From a virus (lineage: Duplodnaviria > Caudoviricetes), in the IMG/VR virus record IMGVR_UViG_3300029288_005873, positions 192,001-256,000 of that record: a DNA stretch of 64,000 bases; one strand, 5' to 3'. The notes beneath the pieces were generated by a model, which searched no databases, was not told the DNA's origin, and saw only the letters and a list, made by a program, of their open reading frames with translations. This document shows positions 1-9,568 of this stretch, in pieces. How positions within the stretch are numbered: position 1 is the first letter of the stretch; each line of letters opens with the position of its first letter. Made by a program: the position numbers and the translations under genes.

Positions 1-136
1 TCCAATCTTTGGACGGCATCCAAGATAGAACGAATGTGCATCTTGGTATTATGATTCATTGTTACAAGATTATCATTGATCGTTATCAACATCCGTAGAG
101 ATATAATGGAGATAATGACTAGAATAATCAGACACG

Positions 137-451
137 CTAACATCTCAACATTCCATCAATTTCCGGCATCTCTACGGACACCTTGATGTTGTTTTCCGCA
201 AACCATAGTATGCTTTCAATGATACACGGAATCGCATACTCGGGAACCACCAAAAGGGCTGGTCCTCCATGCCTTTGGCGCCAATTGAGCGAAGTCTGCG
301 GAAATGTCAATACGACTTCCTTCACACTGGCAATATCTGGTAGAACTCCAATCAGTGTTCCTGTACCAGTGACCTCAAGCTGGTCGTTCTCGATGGTTAT
401 TCTGTATATCCCGTCGCCGATTTTCTTAACGGCATTGTCGTATCTGGACAT
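137..451 (-). CDS. hypothetical protein
   Basis: 104 aa ORF with GGAG RBS in the minus-strand gene run. Confidence 0.6.
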   Translation of the reverse strand: MSRYDNAVKKIGDGIYRITIENDQLEVTGTGTLIGVLPDIASVKEVVLTFPQTSLNWRQRHGGPALLVVPEYAIPCIIESILWFAENNIKVSVEMPEIDGMLRC

Positions 452-609
452 TTCTCTCCACCTTTCAGCAGGCTAACATGCGCACAAGAAGAATTGAAAA
501 TATAAACCATGCCAACCATACAATAAGCGAGCCAGCAAATGCTGGGAAAATGGCACGAAAAACTTTCCGTGCTCTCTTGAATCTCCTAGGTTTTCCGAGC
601 ATCAACTCC

Positions 610-1164
610 TCAGTTCTTTTCGCCTTTTGGCGGAATAGTGACGCGCATTGCCTCGCCGCGCAGCTCAGCTTCACGGCATGATACAACGCGCAACTTGCCT
701 TTGTTGATTTGCTCCATTGCTTCAAGAAATTCCTTGTCTTCCTTTTCCGCATGTTTTCGAACATCAGGCAACATCTCTGCCATTTTGGCAAGAACTGCTA
801 TACGCTGTTCTGGAGTTAGGACTACACAATGAAGCCAACCGTGAATTTTGTAGTACTCCTTACCTGATCCGAATTTCCGCAAAGGCGTCCGCCCCAACTC
901 TTCCATGAAGTACTCAAAATCCAAGGAAGGGAATCCTAATTTGAATTCGCCGATCTCAATGTCCTCCCACACCCTATTGGTAGACACGATACCAGGCAAA
1001 TCCGCTCTACCTTCTTTGGTCTCTTTCATCTCGACCGTTTCGCCGCCTCTGGCTTCGATGTCGGCAATCAAATCTCCCGCAAGCTCGCTTGGACAAAAAT
1101 GTGTTTTATAGCCAGCAAACAGGACGACTGCCCATGATCCAGGCTTTAGTTTGTCGATTTTCAT
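610..1164 (-). CDS. hypothetical protein
   Basis: 184 aa ORF, GGAGG RBS. Confidence 0.7.
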   Translation of the reverse strand: MKIDKLKPGSWAVVLFAGYKTHFCPSELAGDLIADIEARGGETVEMKETKEGRADLPGIVSTNRVWEDIEIGEFKLGFPSLDFEYFMEELGRTPLRKFGSGKEYYKIHGWLHCVVLTPEQRIAVLAKMAEMLPDVRKHAEKEDKEFLEAMEQINKGKLRVVSCREAELRGEAMRVTIPPKGEKN

Positions 1165-1194
1165 TGATTCGCCTCCACCATATGAAACTGGTTT

Positions 1195-1395
1195 CTAGCC
1201 AGTCTTTTTGTCGCGCACAGATTTGAACTTGTTGTGGGTCTTGTCGACTGTATCAGCTTCGTCCGCCAACTCCTTGGCGCCGTCCTTGTCTCCAGAATCT
1301 TCAGCAATACGGCGCGCCTCCTCCAAATGATCCTTGGCAGCCTTGGTTTCCTCGATGATGTGATCCAGATTTCTTTCCTTCGCGGTTTTTGCCAT
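1195..1395 (-). CDS. small charged helical protein
   Basis: 66 aa ORF, AAGGAG RBS. Confidence 0.65.
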   Translation of the reverse strand: MAKTAKERNLDHIIEETKAAKDHLEEARRIAEDSGDKDGAKELADEADTVDKTHNKFKSVRDKKTG

Positions 1396-1421
1396 TTCGT
1401 TCTCCTTGCGACATTTTGCCG

Positions 1422-1784
1422 CTATGACATGTTTGAAAGCCTTTTCTTTACTGCTAATACAACTGCTGTACTACGATCCGAAACCTTCACGGCGTCAGCC
1501 AGAGTCATCTCTCCCATTGCGCAAGCCGCTCGAACAACATCCGATGGATCGTTCGCAAACGACCAACAAAGCAGGACCATTGATCCATGCTCTCTTGTAG
1601 CAATTACAACGTCCATGAATGCTGCGTTGTTTAAGTCGCCGCCTCCATCCAATATTAATGCTGCTTTCTCAACAGCTGCTTTTGCGCATTCTACGACCGT
1701 TCGAATATATTCCACAAAAGGCTTGGCAGAACCACCATTCCTCACGTTCTCGAGCAGTCGGATGGCATTCTCTTTGTCTGTCAT
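1422..1784 (-). CDS. hypothetical protein
   Basis: 120 aa ORF; ATGA overlap with upstream gene. Confidence 0.6.
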   Translation of the reverse strand: MTDKENAIRLLENVRNGGSAKPFVEYIRTVVECAKAAVEKAALILDGGGDLNNAAFMDVVIATREHGSMVLLCWSFANDPSDVVRAACAMGEMTLADAVKVSDRSTAVVLAVKKRLSNMS

Positions 1785-2047
1785 CGGAAATCCTTTTGGC
1801 TGCTACATCCACAAAAGGGAACCTTTTCCGCTGGCACAAGAAGGTTTTCAACATTGTTACATGGCACATTAGCGATCGATGCGCTTCCGTCATAGATCAT
1901 TATGGCAAAGCACAACCCAGAACGCGGATGCTTAAAAAACACCATCTTCTCTGCCATATTTGGGACTTCCTTGCGTAGCCAATCATTGTCATTGTCGCAG
2001 GAGCAAAGCAATGCGACAACTAATAGAATCAAACAAATGATTCTCAT
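1781..2047 (-). CDS. putative lipoprotein
   Basis: Signal peptide with lipobox-like LCSC; ATGA overlaps on both sides. Confidence 0.55.
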   Translation of the reverse strand: MRIICLILLVVALLCSCDNDNDWLRKEVPNMAEKMVFFKHPRSGLCFAIMIYDGSASIANVPCNNVENLLVPAEKVPFCGCSSQKDFR

Positions 2048-2682
2048 CCATTTTCCTCCAATCCAGCAAGTTTTCTCTTATTTTCAGCAGTCATGCCCTT
2101 TATTTGATGTTCCCTGCGTAGAGCATCCCCCTTTGTCCCAACTAATTCTTTATATACAAGGCGCAAAGGACGATGAGCCCGTGCCCATTTTGATCCCCTC
2201 TTTGATGTGTTGTGCTCCACCACACGTCGTTCAGGATCTGTCGATATACCACAGTACAGATGACCATTAATTCCAAGTGCCAAATACACCCACCATGCGT
2301 TTGATTTCATCCTGAATTGCCGCCCATCTGAGTTGATTGGTCCATCAATATAATCCAGTATCCAGTTCCCTATTTCCACAAATTCTAGAACAGCAAATGC
2401 TAGAACTGGACCATGCGAGAACCCCAAGAAAATCCACAAAGCTATGAGAACAATAGACTTTATAATGGGAGCTATACTGACAATGCGGTCATCTACCATG
2501 CTGCCGATGTACGAAATCGACCCATCTGCCCGCGTCCCTTCAACTACATGAGGCCATGGGCGGAACTTGGTAACTTTCCCTCCTTGTACCCATACGGCTA
2601 CGCAATGCGATAATTCATGTAGCACAACCCCAAGACGCCAGTAAATAACAAAAAGGGCGAAGCACTCTACAAACAGCCACAT
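2044..2682 (-). CDS. M50-like membrane metallopeptidase fused to GIY-YIG nuclease
   Basis: HELSH, TM helices and SDG motif; C-terminal VYL..LYCGISTDPERRVVEHN..ALRREHQIK (YhbQ-type GIY-YIG); start re-assigned to MWLF. Confidence 0.7.
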   Translation of the reverse strand: MWLFVECFALFVIYWRLGVVLHELSHCVAVWVQGGKVTKFRPWPHVVEGTRADGSISYIGSMVDDRIVSIAPIIKSIVLIALWIFLGFSHGPVLAFAVLEFVEIGNWILDYIDGPINSDGRQFRMKSNAWWVYLALGINGHLYCGISTDPERRVVEHNTSKRGSKWARAHRPLRLVYKELVGTKGDALRREHQIKGMTAENKRKLAGLEENG

Positions 2683-2701
2683 TGTATCTCCAATTACAAA
2701 A

Positions 2702-3316
2702 CTATGGTTCACACTTTGGACAGTAGCGATACGTTGGACCCATTCCAGGATCTTTGATCTGGCAGCCACAGGCTGCGCATGTCGCTCTCCCGTCCGTGTT
2801 CAATGACTTCAAACTAGTCGTCCCAATTGAGTATCCCTTTTTATTCTCAAATAGGAACATCTGAGCACTATTCTCTGGAAGACGGTAGAAAGTTCCGTTT
2901 TTCCGAATACCAAATGTTTTGTTTACCGGCGCACCTAACTTCACTTCCGCCGAGGGCTCACCTGAATATACCTCTACATCATCCACATGAATAAGAGTTA
3001 TGTTCTTTGCCATATCGCGCAAAAGAACATTCACCCACCATGTATTAGGAAGGAAAGAGTCCATAGCCAATATGAAATCGGGATTAATCAATACATAATC
3101 ATCCTTTTTTGGAACCATGGTTGCTCCTGGCAAAAATACGGGAGGATCACTTTCGTCAAACCAGATAAGAGATCCCGTTTTGCTCCAAACATCAAACTCC
3201 TGATTAAGGGGTTTGCCAATCTTTAATCTAGACACGCTCATTATGCTAGGATGATTACAAATATCAATGACTTCTACCGTGTTACCAGACTTTACCAAGT
3301 CATATAATATTGACAT
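2702..3316 (-). CDS. C-terminal Zn-ribbon (CPKCEP) family protein, copy 1
   Basis: Ends LNTDGRATCAACGCQIKDPGMGPTYRYCPKCEP; start uncertain. Confidence 0.75.
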   Translation of the reverse strand: MSILYDLVKSGNTVEVIDICNHPSIMSVSRLKIGKPLNQEFDVWSKTGSLIWFDESDPPVFLPGATMVPKKDDYVLINPDFILAMDSFLPNTWWVNVLLRDMAKNITLIHVDDVEVYSGEPSAEVKLGAPVNKTFGIRKNGTFYRLPENSAQMFLFENKKGYSIGTTSLKSLNTDGRATCAACGCQIKDPGMGPTYRYCPKCEP

Positions 3317-3400
3317 CCAAGGCGAAGGAGTGGAAAAAAGAGTCAAATGGTTAATGAATACGGGATTTACGCGAACCTTCTACCCCTTTACAGGAAGCAT

Positions 3401-3682
3401 TTATAGGCTCCTGACTGTAGCGCCCTTGAACGGCCAACCCACACAAACAAGCAACGTCACACGTCTGCCTTGAGGGTTTTTTCCGCTCACGGTGAAACCC
3501 GCATCATCGCTTTTGCTACAGCCACGGTACTCTAGAAAAAACACAGCCTTGCCTTCGATCTTGACTTCCGTGAACCCAAGGTTTGTTACGGCGCGTACAG
3601 CATGATCTTCATCAACCATATACCCACATCTAGATACTGCGATAGCACAGCATACCAAGATTACCGCCAGAGCTTTTCTCAT
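3401..3682 (-). CDS. putative secreted or lipoprotein
   Basis: Hydrophobic N-terminus, GC..D and VC.G..KGATVR pattern. Confidence 0.6.
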   Translation of the reverse strand: MRKALAVILVCCAIAVSRCGYMVDEDHAVRAVTNLGFTEVKIEGKAVFFLEYRGCSKSDDAGFTVSGKNPQGRRVTLLVCVGWPFKGATVRSL

Positions 3683-4326
3683 TCGTTTCCCCTTTCTTCA
3701 TATTCCCTGATTTTTCCAAACACGCGATCGAAAACATACGGATCATTGATTGTTCCTACAGATTTCTGTCCAGGAATGTCTGTCCACACACGACCGTCGG
3801 GCGATACTCTTGGTTCGCCACATCCGAATTTATCCTCAACAACTTCCATGCCGCTTTGTTCACATTCCCAAAGAAGCTTTTCCCAATTCTTCTTGGCTCG
3901 ACCTCCCCTTACCAATATCCTTGTGGCTGTTTTTCTACCCCACCACAACCCAAACTTGTCAGCATCGCGCCAAACCCAAGGCTGGACCATACACATATCA
4001 TGCCAGATGTCACTAGATACGCGCACATTAATTCTATCTGCTGAGCGAGCATCCATCAGAACATGCCACAACCTCTCCTGGCATGTGCCATTCGTCACCA
4101 TGAATAGTGGTTCTCTGGATACGAACGACGCAATCCCAAGCATTACCAGAAGATCAGGATGTAGAGTGGGTTCTCCTCCGCCTATAGCAATCGGAGAATC
4201 GTACATCAAAGACGCATCAACTGCTTTGCGAAAAGTCTCAATTGACATATCCTTGCCTCTTTTAGAACACGAATAGAGGCAATGTGCGCATGTCATCTGG
4301 CATCTAGAGGTTACCTGAACATACAT
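3679..4326 (-). CDS. radical SAM protein
   Basis: CQMTCAHC, GGGEPTLHP, VTNG. Confidence 0.9.
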   Translation of the reverse strand: MYVQVTSRCQMTCAHCLYSCSKRGKDMSIETFRKAVDASLMYDSPIAIGGGEPTLHPDLLVMLGIASFVSREPLFMVTNGTCQERLWHVLMDARSADRINVRVSSDIWHDMCMVQPWVWRDADKFGLWWGRKTATRILVRGGRAKKNWEKLLWECEQSGMEVVEDKFGCGEPRVSPDGRVWTDIPGQKSVGTINDPYVFDRVFGKIREYEERGNE

Positions 4327-4340
4327 TTAACCACCAATAC

Positions 4341-4703
4341 CTACATTAGAGTGAATGCGATCCGATAGTTTGCGCGACAGCCTTGGAAAAACACTGTAAG
4401 ACTGCCTACGATTTTCTTATCAGAAACCCGAATCACTAGCACAGAAGGTCTGTTGATGAATGCTCCTTCAACACGGAAATGACCACAGGCTAGTTCTCTA
4501 TTGTCTACTGTCTCGATATTGCCAAGAATCGTTCTCGGCGGTTCGGTCGAGCAGTCATGTTTTCTGATCGACGCCAGCGATTTGTATGTGCCAGCCTTGG
4601 CGAAGCACCCAGCTTCGGGGTTTGGAACAACTGTATTAATATCTTTTGTCCCATTCCCAAGGCATGCTGACAAGAATAATACACAAAATACCAACGCCTT
4701 CAT
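4341..4703 (-). CDS. putative lipoprotein (paralog of 5416..5859)
   Basis: MKALVFCVLFLSAC lipobox after AAGGAG RBS; the longer ORF runs through an RNA gene. Confidence 0.6.
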   Translation of the reverse strand: MKALVFCVLFLSACLGNGTKDINTVVPNPEAGCFAKAGTYKSLASIRKHDCSTEPPRTILGNIETVDNRELACGHFRVEGAFINRPSVLVIRVSDKKIVGSLTVFFQGCRANYRIAFTLM

Positions 4704-4713
4704 ATTATCTCCT

Positions 4714-4786
4714 TGGACCAGCGACAGGATTCGAACCTGCGTCCCCAGTCGGTTGACCAGGATCCTAACCTCTAGACGACGCTGGA
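4714..4786 (-). tRNA. tRNA-like RNA / pseudo-tRNA (Glu/Gln-type body, 6-nt anticodon loop, no assignable anticodon)
   Basis: CCAGCG/CGCTGG acceptor, GTCTAGAGGTTAGGAT D arm, GCAGG-TTCGAAT-CCTGT T arm, CCA; loop CAACCG. Confidence 0.65.
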
Positions 4787-5018
4787 AGGTTTCCGTTTTT
4801 CCATAGAGTACAACTGCGTACGTCAGGTTCTTCCATGGCGGAAACAATTCTTGGTTGAGACGATTGACCGCGCACAGTCTCATATCATACAATAGCATCT
4901 TATTTGTGGTGGCAAATTGTCGCTAGCACGGTTTGCGACAACCTGCGAGCCAAAAACTAATGCTATATAATGTGCTAGCCCAAGCACTAGCTGCAGCGGT
5001 ACAAGGTCGCCCGCTTTT

Positions 5019-5369
5019 CTACGGTTCGCACTTTGGACAGTAGCGATACGTTATACCCATTCCAGGGTCTTTAAGTTGACAGCCGCAGACCGCACATGTA
5101 ACCCTCCCGTCCGTGTTCAGGAACTTTAGATTCTTGGCAATCTCTGGATCCTTTTTTTCATTCTCGGCAGAAGCTAATCGAAACCTACTGAAATGCCAGT
5201 GTCCTATCTCTCTATCTTCTTTTTGTTCCCATTTTATGTGTAGCCAAAGTTCATTAGTGTCGTGATACACTACGACACCAATAGTATTGGCGCCAACATG
5301 CATATTATATGCTTCTTTTTCATTCAAAGGGACGACTTTACATCCAATTGGGAAGTCAGAAATGTCCAT
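5019..5369 (-). CDS. C-terminal Zn-ribbon (CPKCEP) family protein, copy 2
   Basis: SH3/KOW-like N-terminus (FPIGCKVV), conserved C-terminus. Confidence 0.75.
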   Translation of the reverse strand: MDISDFPIGCKVVPLNEKEAYNMHVGANTIGVVVYHDTNELWLHIKWEQKEDREIGHWHFSRFRLASAENEKKDPEIAKNLKFLNTDGRVTCAVCGCQLKDPGMGITYRYCPKCEP

Positions 5370-5415
5370 TGTTATTACACCCTATGGGTTTGAATGTAAT
5401 CAAGAACCTACTATG

Positions 5416-5859
5416 TCAGCCTCCAGATTTCTTATGCTGGAGCTTCAGAAGAAGGATTTCGTAAATGGCGTAGCAATCCTGGAAATGGACGGTCATGATG
5501 CCCCTTCCACCATTAGTAGCAAACGCCATAACAATCCTGACGTTAGCTTTCAGTTGGGCGTTGATTTGATTTGTCTCGTTCATTCCACACTTGACCGATT
5601 TCTCGGCAACAAAGGTGGGTGCGGCAAAGTTGTCCAACGGTGCCTTGTCTTGGCATGTCGTTTTTCTCAACTCTCGAACCAGAAGGTACATACCAGGTTC
5701 CATGAAACATGTTGGTTGAGACGTTGGAGCTACAGCTGGTGTATCTGGAACGGTTGTAACAAGAGGTGTGGGAGTAGGAACTGGATTTTGGGTCTTGACG
5801 TGCGCCGCACAGGATACAAACACCAACATTGACAGCATGATTGCGATTTTCATTATCAT
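5416..5859 (-). CDS. putative lipoprotein
   Basis: FVSC lipobox, Pro/Thr linker, CF..PG.Y....R...C shared with 4341..4703. Confidence 0.6.
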   Translation of the reverse strand: MIMKIAIMLSMLVFVSCAAHVKTQNPVPTPTPLVTTVPDTPAVAPTSQPTCFMEPGMYLLVRELRKTTCQDKAPLDNFAAPTFVAEKSVKCGMNETNQINAQLKANVRIVMAFATNGGRGIMTVHFQDCYAIYEILLLKLQHKKSGG

Positions 5860-5868
5860 CTCCTTTGG

Positions 5869-6096
5869 TTAGTTAGCCGCTGGCTTCAACTTTCCCTCTG
5901 CGATCTCAAGCACGACCGTGACCTTTCCCCCCGACTCCAAGTGGCGCACGGCCGAAAATCTCCCATTTCCGATCATGTGTACGATCACCCCAGGTTGTGG
6001 AATAGCCTTCCCGCGCCTGTCGAGCGAAAATAGACGCACGACATCTGGAGCTAGGAAGCTGACCTTGATTTCCGACACTCGCTGCTCATTAACCAT
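5869..6096 (-). CDS. hypothetical protein
   Basis: ORF from MVNEQR with AAGGAG RBS, downstream of tRNA-Arg. Confidence 0.55.
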   Translation of the reverse strand: MVNEQRVSEIKVSFLAPDVVRLFSLDRRGKAIPQPGVIVHMIGNGRFSAVRHLESGGKVTVVLEIAEGKLKPAAN

Positions 6097-6117
6097 TGTA
6101 CCGCTCCTTGTTGTGGG

Positions 6118-6191
6118 TGACCACGGCAGGACTCGAACCTGCATGAAAGCCAATTTAGGAAATTGGTGGTCGTCCTTTGACCCACGTGGCC
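6118..6191 (-). tRNA. tRNA-Arg(CCU)
   Basis: GGCCACG/CGTGGTC acceptor, CCAAT-TTCCTAA-ATTGG anticodon arm, GCAGG-TTCGAGT-CCTGC T arm. Confidence 0.85.
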
Positions 6192-6192
6192 G

Positions 6193-6435
6193 TCAATACT
6201 TTCCTGATAGAAGTGCAAAAAGCGACACAAGTTTTGGATCAATGTGCCACTTATCATCGCCCTCCGACCACCATGGCGCAAGAACATCTGAAGCTACAGA
6301 TTTCAAAGATCTCCTAACGCGCCATGCTTTAATTCCAATCTTTTCGGCAATTTCCTTTGTTGTAAAAACCGTCTGTCCGTCTGAACATATATTGCCCAGA
6401 GCTTCAAAAATCTCAGCTATTAGACGCCGTCTCAT
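6193..6435 (-). CDS. possible winged-helix DNA-binding protein
   Basis: FTTKEIAEKIGIKAWRVRRSLK HTH-like segment. Confidence 0.45.
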   Translation of the reverse strand: MRRRLIAEIFEALGNICSDGQTVFTTKEIAEKIGIKAWRVRRSLKSVASDVLAPWWSEGDDKWHIDPKLVSLFALLSGKY

Positions 6436-6521
6436 TCTTCACAATTCCTAATCTTGGGCTTATGTTCAAGGGCTTTACATGCCATCAAATATACATCTCC
6501 GATAGCAAGATCGAATCTAGG

Positions 6522-6746
6522 TTAGGCAACTGGAGCCGCCAAGTTGACTTTCGTACTAGGAAGCCTGATCGACTTTACACCCCCGAATGATTCAATAGCT
6601 TCTACAAACGCAACCAATGCTTCAATCATTGTTGGTTCTCCGTGGTTCCAGAAATCCAGGTTTCCTTCGAGAGTCGATATATTCTCGATATGTGCGTTCC
6701 ATGAATGCTTCTGTACGCCTCCCTCGACGGTCGATCGTCGCTTCAA
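6522..6746 (-). CDS. hypothetical protein
   Basis: 74 aa ORF; frame ambiguous with overlapping 6622..6873. Confidence 0.35.
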   Translation of the reverse strand: MKRRSTVEGGVQKHSWNAHIENISTLEGNLDFWNHGEPTMIEALVAFVEAIESFGGVKSIRLPSTKVNLAAPVA

Positions 6747-6856
6747 ATTCGTCGTTCAGTAATATCTCCTCGGCTAATCTAAGGAATTCTTGATCATGTG
6801 CTTCATCCAATTCATCCGCAATCGCTAACCTACGGGCACGCAGAAACTGTCTCCAT

Positions 6857-7135
6857 CTACGCTTGATTGCCATTTTCGACCTCAGGAGGTTCTGGGGTCG
6901 GCTCTATGCGCTGTGCGTGCCAGACCTGACCTTTTACCTGCGATTTGTACAGGAAATCCCAGCCAAGCTTAAGCTCGACAACCATTGTACCAGAACACCA
7001 TACCTGTAGGCGTCGCACCTTTGTCTCATTATTCCAGAACAAATAGACCCAATAGTCGCCCGGACTACTCGGCCATCCATCGGTCCATTCAACTTTCATG
7101 TTGACTCTCCTCGTCATGTGGAATTTCAGGCTCAT
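6857..7135 (-). CDS. hypothetical protein (WP..PG.YW motif)
   Basis: Resembles adjacent 7089..7343. Confidence 0.55.
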   Translation of the reverse strand: MSLKFHMTRRVNMKVEWTDGWPSSPGDYWVYLFWNNETKVRRLQVWCSGTMVVELKLGWDFLYKSQVKGQVWHAQRIEPTPEPPEVENGNQA

Positions 7136-7343
7136 CTATCGACATGAACCAGAATGGTCGATCAATCTCCCTCTCCCAAATAAAAGCGCCGTTTCTGGCT
7201 ACAGCAATGCCATTGGCACATTGACGAACACGTACCATACCAATTGACCTAGCCATACCAAAACGTGTCTCGTATTCTGTTCTACCGTAGAACCACCACC
7301 ATCCTTCACGATCTGGCCACCTATTCTTAATCCACATCCACAC
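7089..7343 (-). CDS. hypothetical protein (WP..EGWWW motif)
   Basis: Trp-rich, paralog-like to 6857..7135. Confidence 0.55.
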   Translation of the reverse strand: MWMWIKNRWPDREGWWWFYGRTEYETRFGMARSIGMVRVRQCANGIAVARNGAFIWEREIDRPFWFMSIDEPEIPHDEESQHES

Positions 7344-7722
7344 ACTCTAGAAGCTTCGAGGTTGATGATCCTATGGCGCTTTCAGCCAACCGTTCCATCA
7401 TCACCTTGGCTATCTTTTTCTTCTGACGTGTTGACAACGAAAACGTATTCCACGTCTTGTTTGATTCTATACCGACCGCGATAGTATCATTGATCTCAAT
7501 CCACGCTTCGCTTCTACCCTTTACAAGCCTGACACCTCCGTCAAATTCAATCACAGGATAGTCAGCACCACCCCTATGCTGTAGATGTACCTGACGTATT
7601 GGTAACCAGGACACTTGGTCTATGAGCTGGTCTATCTGAGAACGCATGGGTTTTTTTGCAAATACTAAAGCTCCTGCCGTAAAACCAAGGCAGACACAGA
7701 TTGACGCCACCAGGAAAGACAT
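7327..7722 (-). CDS. N-terminally anchored membrane protein
   Basis: TM helix; paralog of 7734..8132 (Q..WLPI, E.DGG.RL). Confidence 0.65.
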   Translation of the reverse strand: MSFLVASICVCLGFTAGALVFAKKPMRSQIDQLIDQVSWLPIRQVHLQHRGGADYPVIEFDGGVRLVKGRSEAWIEINDTIAVGIESNKTWNTFSLSTRQKKKIAKVMMERLAESAIGSSTSKLLECVDVD

Positions 7723-7733
7723 TTTTCAACTCC

Positions 7734-8132
7734 TTAGGGATTAAGCAGCTTGGTTTCCGCACTAGAAAGTGCCAACTCCGCAACTCTGTTTCTGAATACA
7801 GATCCAAGCTTCACACGCTCATCTGGCGACAGCCCAATTCTCGTTCCCCTATATTCCAAGAAGGCCGAATTGATTGGTTTATCTTCAGCAATTAAGCGGA
7901 TTCCTCCATCCAATTCAAGAATTGGAACAACGGTTCCAACAATCGGTGATCGGGAAGGAAAACCTCTTTCATCACATCTTCTGTGAACTATTCCGGAAAT
8001 TGGGAGCCACTTTGTTTGCTCCAGAAGTTCGTCGAGCGGTTCTTTTTCGTCTCTATCCCGATTTTTGATGCTTACTCCAATTACCCCACCAAATACCAGG
8101 CAGAGTGACATAAGGGCGATCGTCGTCAGCAT
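7734..8132 (-). CDS. N-terminally anchored membrane protein
   Basis: TM helix; paralog of 7327..7722. Confidence 0.65.
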   Translation of the reverse strand: MLTTIALMSLCLVFGGVIGVSIKNRDRDEKEPLDELLEQTKWLPISGIVHRRCDERGFPSRSPIVGTVVPILELDGGIRLIAEDKPINSAFLEYRGTRIGLSPDERVKLGSVFRNRVAELALSSAETKLLNP

Positions 8133-8134
8133 AT

Positions 8135-8983
8135 CTACTCCTTGGCTTCACGCACCATCTCTTCACGCACACTCTCCCATGACATAGAGCACCTATGACA
8201 ACTTGGCACAAACATATCCCTAAACGCCCCATGAAACTGTTTGAATCTGGATCTAAACCCTCCGTTAAGGTAGTTTCCCACCTTATCATATGTCCAGATA
8301 CCAAATGGGCATTTTGAAATCAATCCACCTTCGTCAATTAGGAACTCATACATCCTATCAGGAGCATGACAGTAGCAGCTAAACATCCCAAAAACTGAAT
8401 CCATAGCAAGACTATGCCTGCCAACTGGAATGGGAGGTGACTCGGACCGCTCCTTTGTCGCTACGACATACGGCACCTCAGCTTTATCACATGCCTCTTT
8501 AGCTTTATCGACATGCTTATTTGTGTGCCATTTATCGTATGACAGTGCCAAATATATGGAATCATGACTCTTTAGGAAATCAATAACCCTTCTTCTCAGC
8601 TTTGATCCGCCAGCCCAATCGCCGTTGGACACAAGTCGCATAGCAACTGGTCCCACTGTACTAGCCAAGGTGTTAAGAACATCTTCCCAGTCAGGATTAC
8701 AGAAGAACTCCCCGCCCATAACATTCAGGCGACTAATTTCGTTTGCGACGACAAACTTTGCCACATCACCAGCCATAGCTGGCGTCATGTGATCATTTTT
8801 TCTAGGGTCGCATTCGAAACAGCAATGGGCGCATTTCTGCGTACACTTTGTCGTGATCCTGATTGTTGGTTTCAGACGTCTTGGGCACATGTCCTTTTTA
8901 TCACAGGAATCGCACTTACATGTGCCTGGTCCACCAGGTGCTAGGCATTTCCTCTCCAAGCAGATATCACATGGTGGATTCAT
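8135..8983 (-). CDS. radical SAM protein with Cys-rich N-terminus
   Basis: CTQKCAHC, MGGE, VSNG. Confidence 0.9.
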   Translation of the reverse strand: MNPPCDICLERKCLAPGGPGTCKCDSCDKKDMCPRRLKPTIRITTKCTQKCAHCCFECDPRKNDHMTPAMAGDVAKFVVANEISRLNVMGGEFFCNPDWEDVLNTLASTVGPVAMRLVSNGDWAGGSKLRRRVIDFLKSHDSIYLALSYDKWHTNKHVDKAKEACDKAEVPYVVATKERSESPPIPVGRHSLAMDSVFGMFSCYCHAPDRMYEFLIDEGGLISKCPFGIWTYDKVGNYLNGGFRSRFKQFHGAFRDMFVPSCHRCSMSWESVREEMVREAKE

Positions 8984-9103
8984 CGTTTGCCTCTTTTCCA
9001 GATGCGGAAAATGAAGATAGCCGCAGATGCAAACAAGATCCCACCAGGCAATATAGCTAGAAGAACAATGAGTGCTATGCGGATCATGATTTCTCCACGG
9101 TAG

Positions 9104-9544
9104 CTATTCCCTTTCGGTCACTGGGAGAGTTGCCTCATATTGCTCTAACATAGGCTTTAGCCTACGGTAATCCTCAGATCTGATTGCGGCTCCACATGGT
9201 ATAGATATAATTGGTTGTTGTGTCCTAAACTTGTTTACTTCGACCTTTGTGTTACCTTTCGAGAATAGCCTTTTTGTCTTGAAGATAAGCTGATCAGTCA
9301 TGGTGTCGGTTTTTTCCAACAATTTCTTTGACATAGTATCAATCAGCCAAACAAATCCATTATAAATGGCAAAGGGGCAGATGAATGCGGCAAGTATCGC
9401 ATAACAAGTCATAGTAATGGGCCAAAGAGTTCCCCAAAATGCAGGAAACTCAGCTTTAAGAACCCTTTTCTCGACATTATACATCACAATGGCAATGACC
9501 GAGTAGATCACTGAAAAGAGGAAACCAATTAGAAACGCATACAT
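9104..9544 (-). CDS. membrane protein
   Basis: Two N-terminal hydrophobic helices, AGGAG RBS. Confidence 0.6.
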   Translation of the reverse strand: MYAFLIGFLFSVIYSVIAIVMYNVEKRVLKAEFPAFWGTLWPITMTCYAILAAFICPFAIYNGFVWLIDTMSKKLLEKTDTMTDQLIFKTKRLFSKGNTKVEVNKFRTQQPIISIPCGAAIRSEDYRRLKPMLEQYEATLPVTERE

Positions 9545-9568
9545 TATTCTTCTCCTATTGAACCAACC

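Noticed and set aside
4905-4985. HDV-like/theta ribozyme
   Set aside because: P1 and P3 can be drawn, but P2 is only about 3 bp and the L3 and J4/2 consensus is poor
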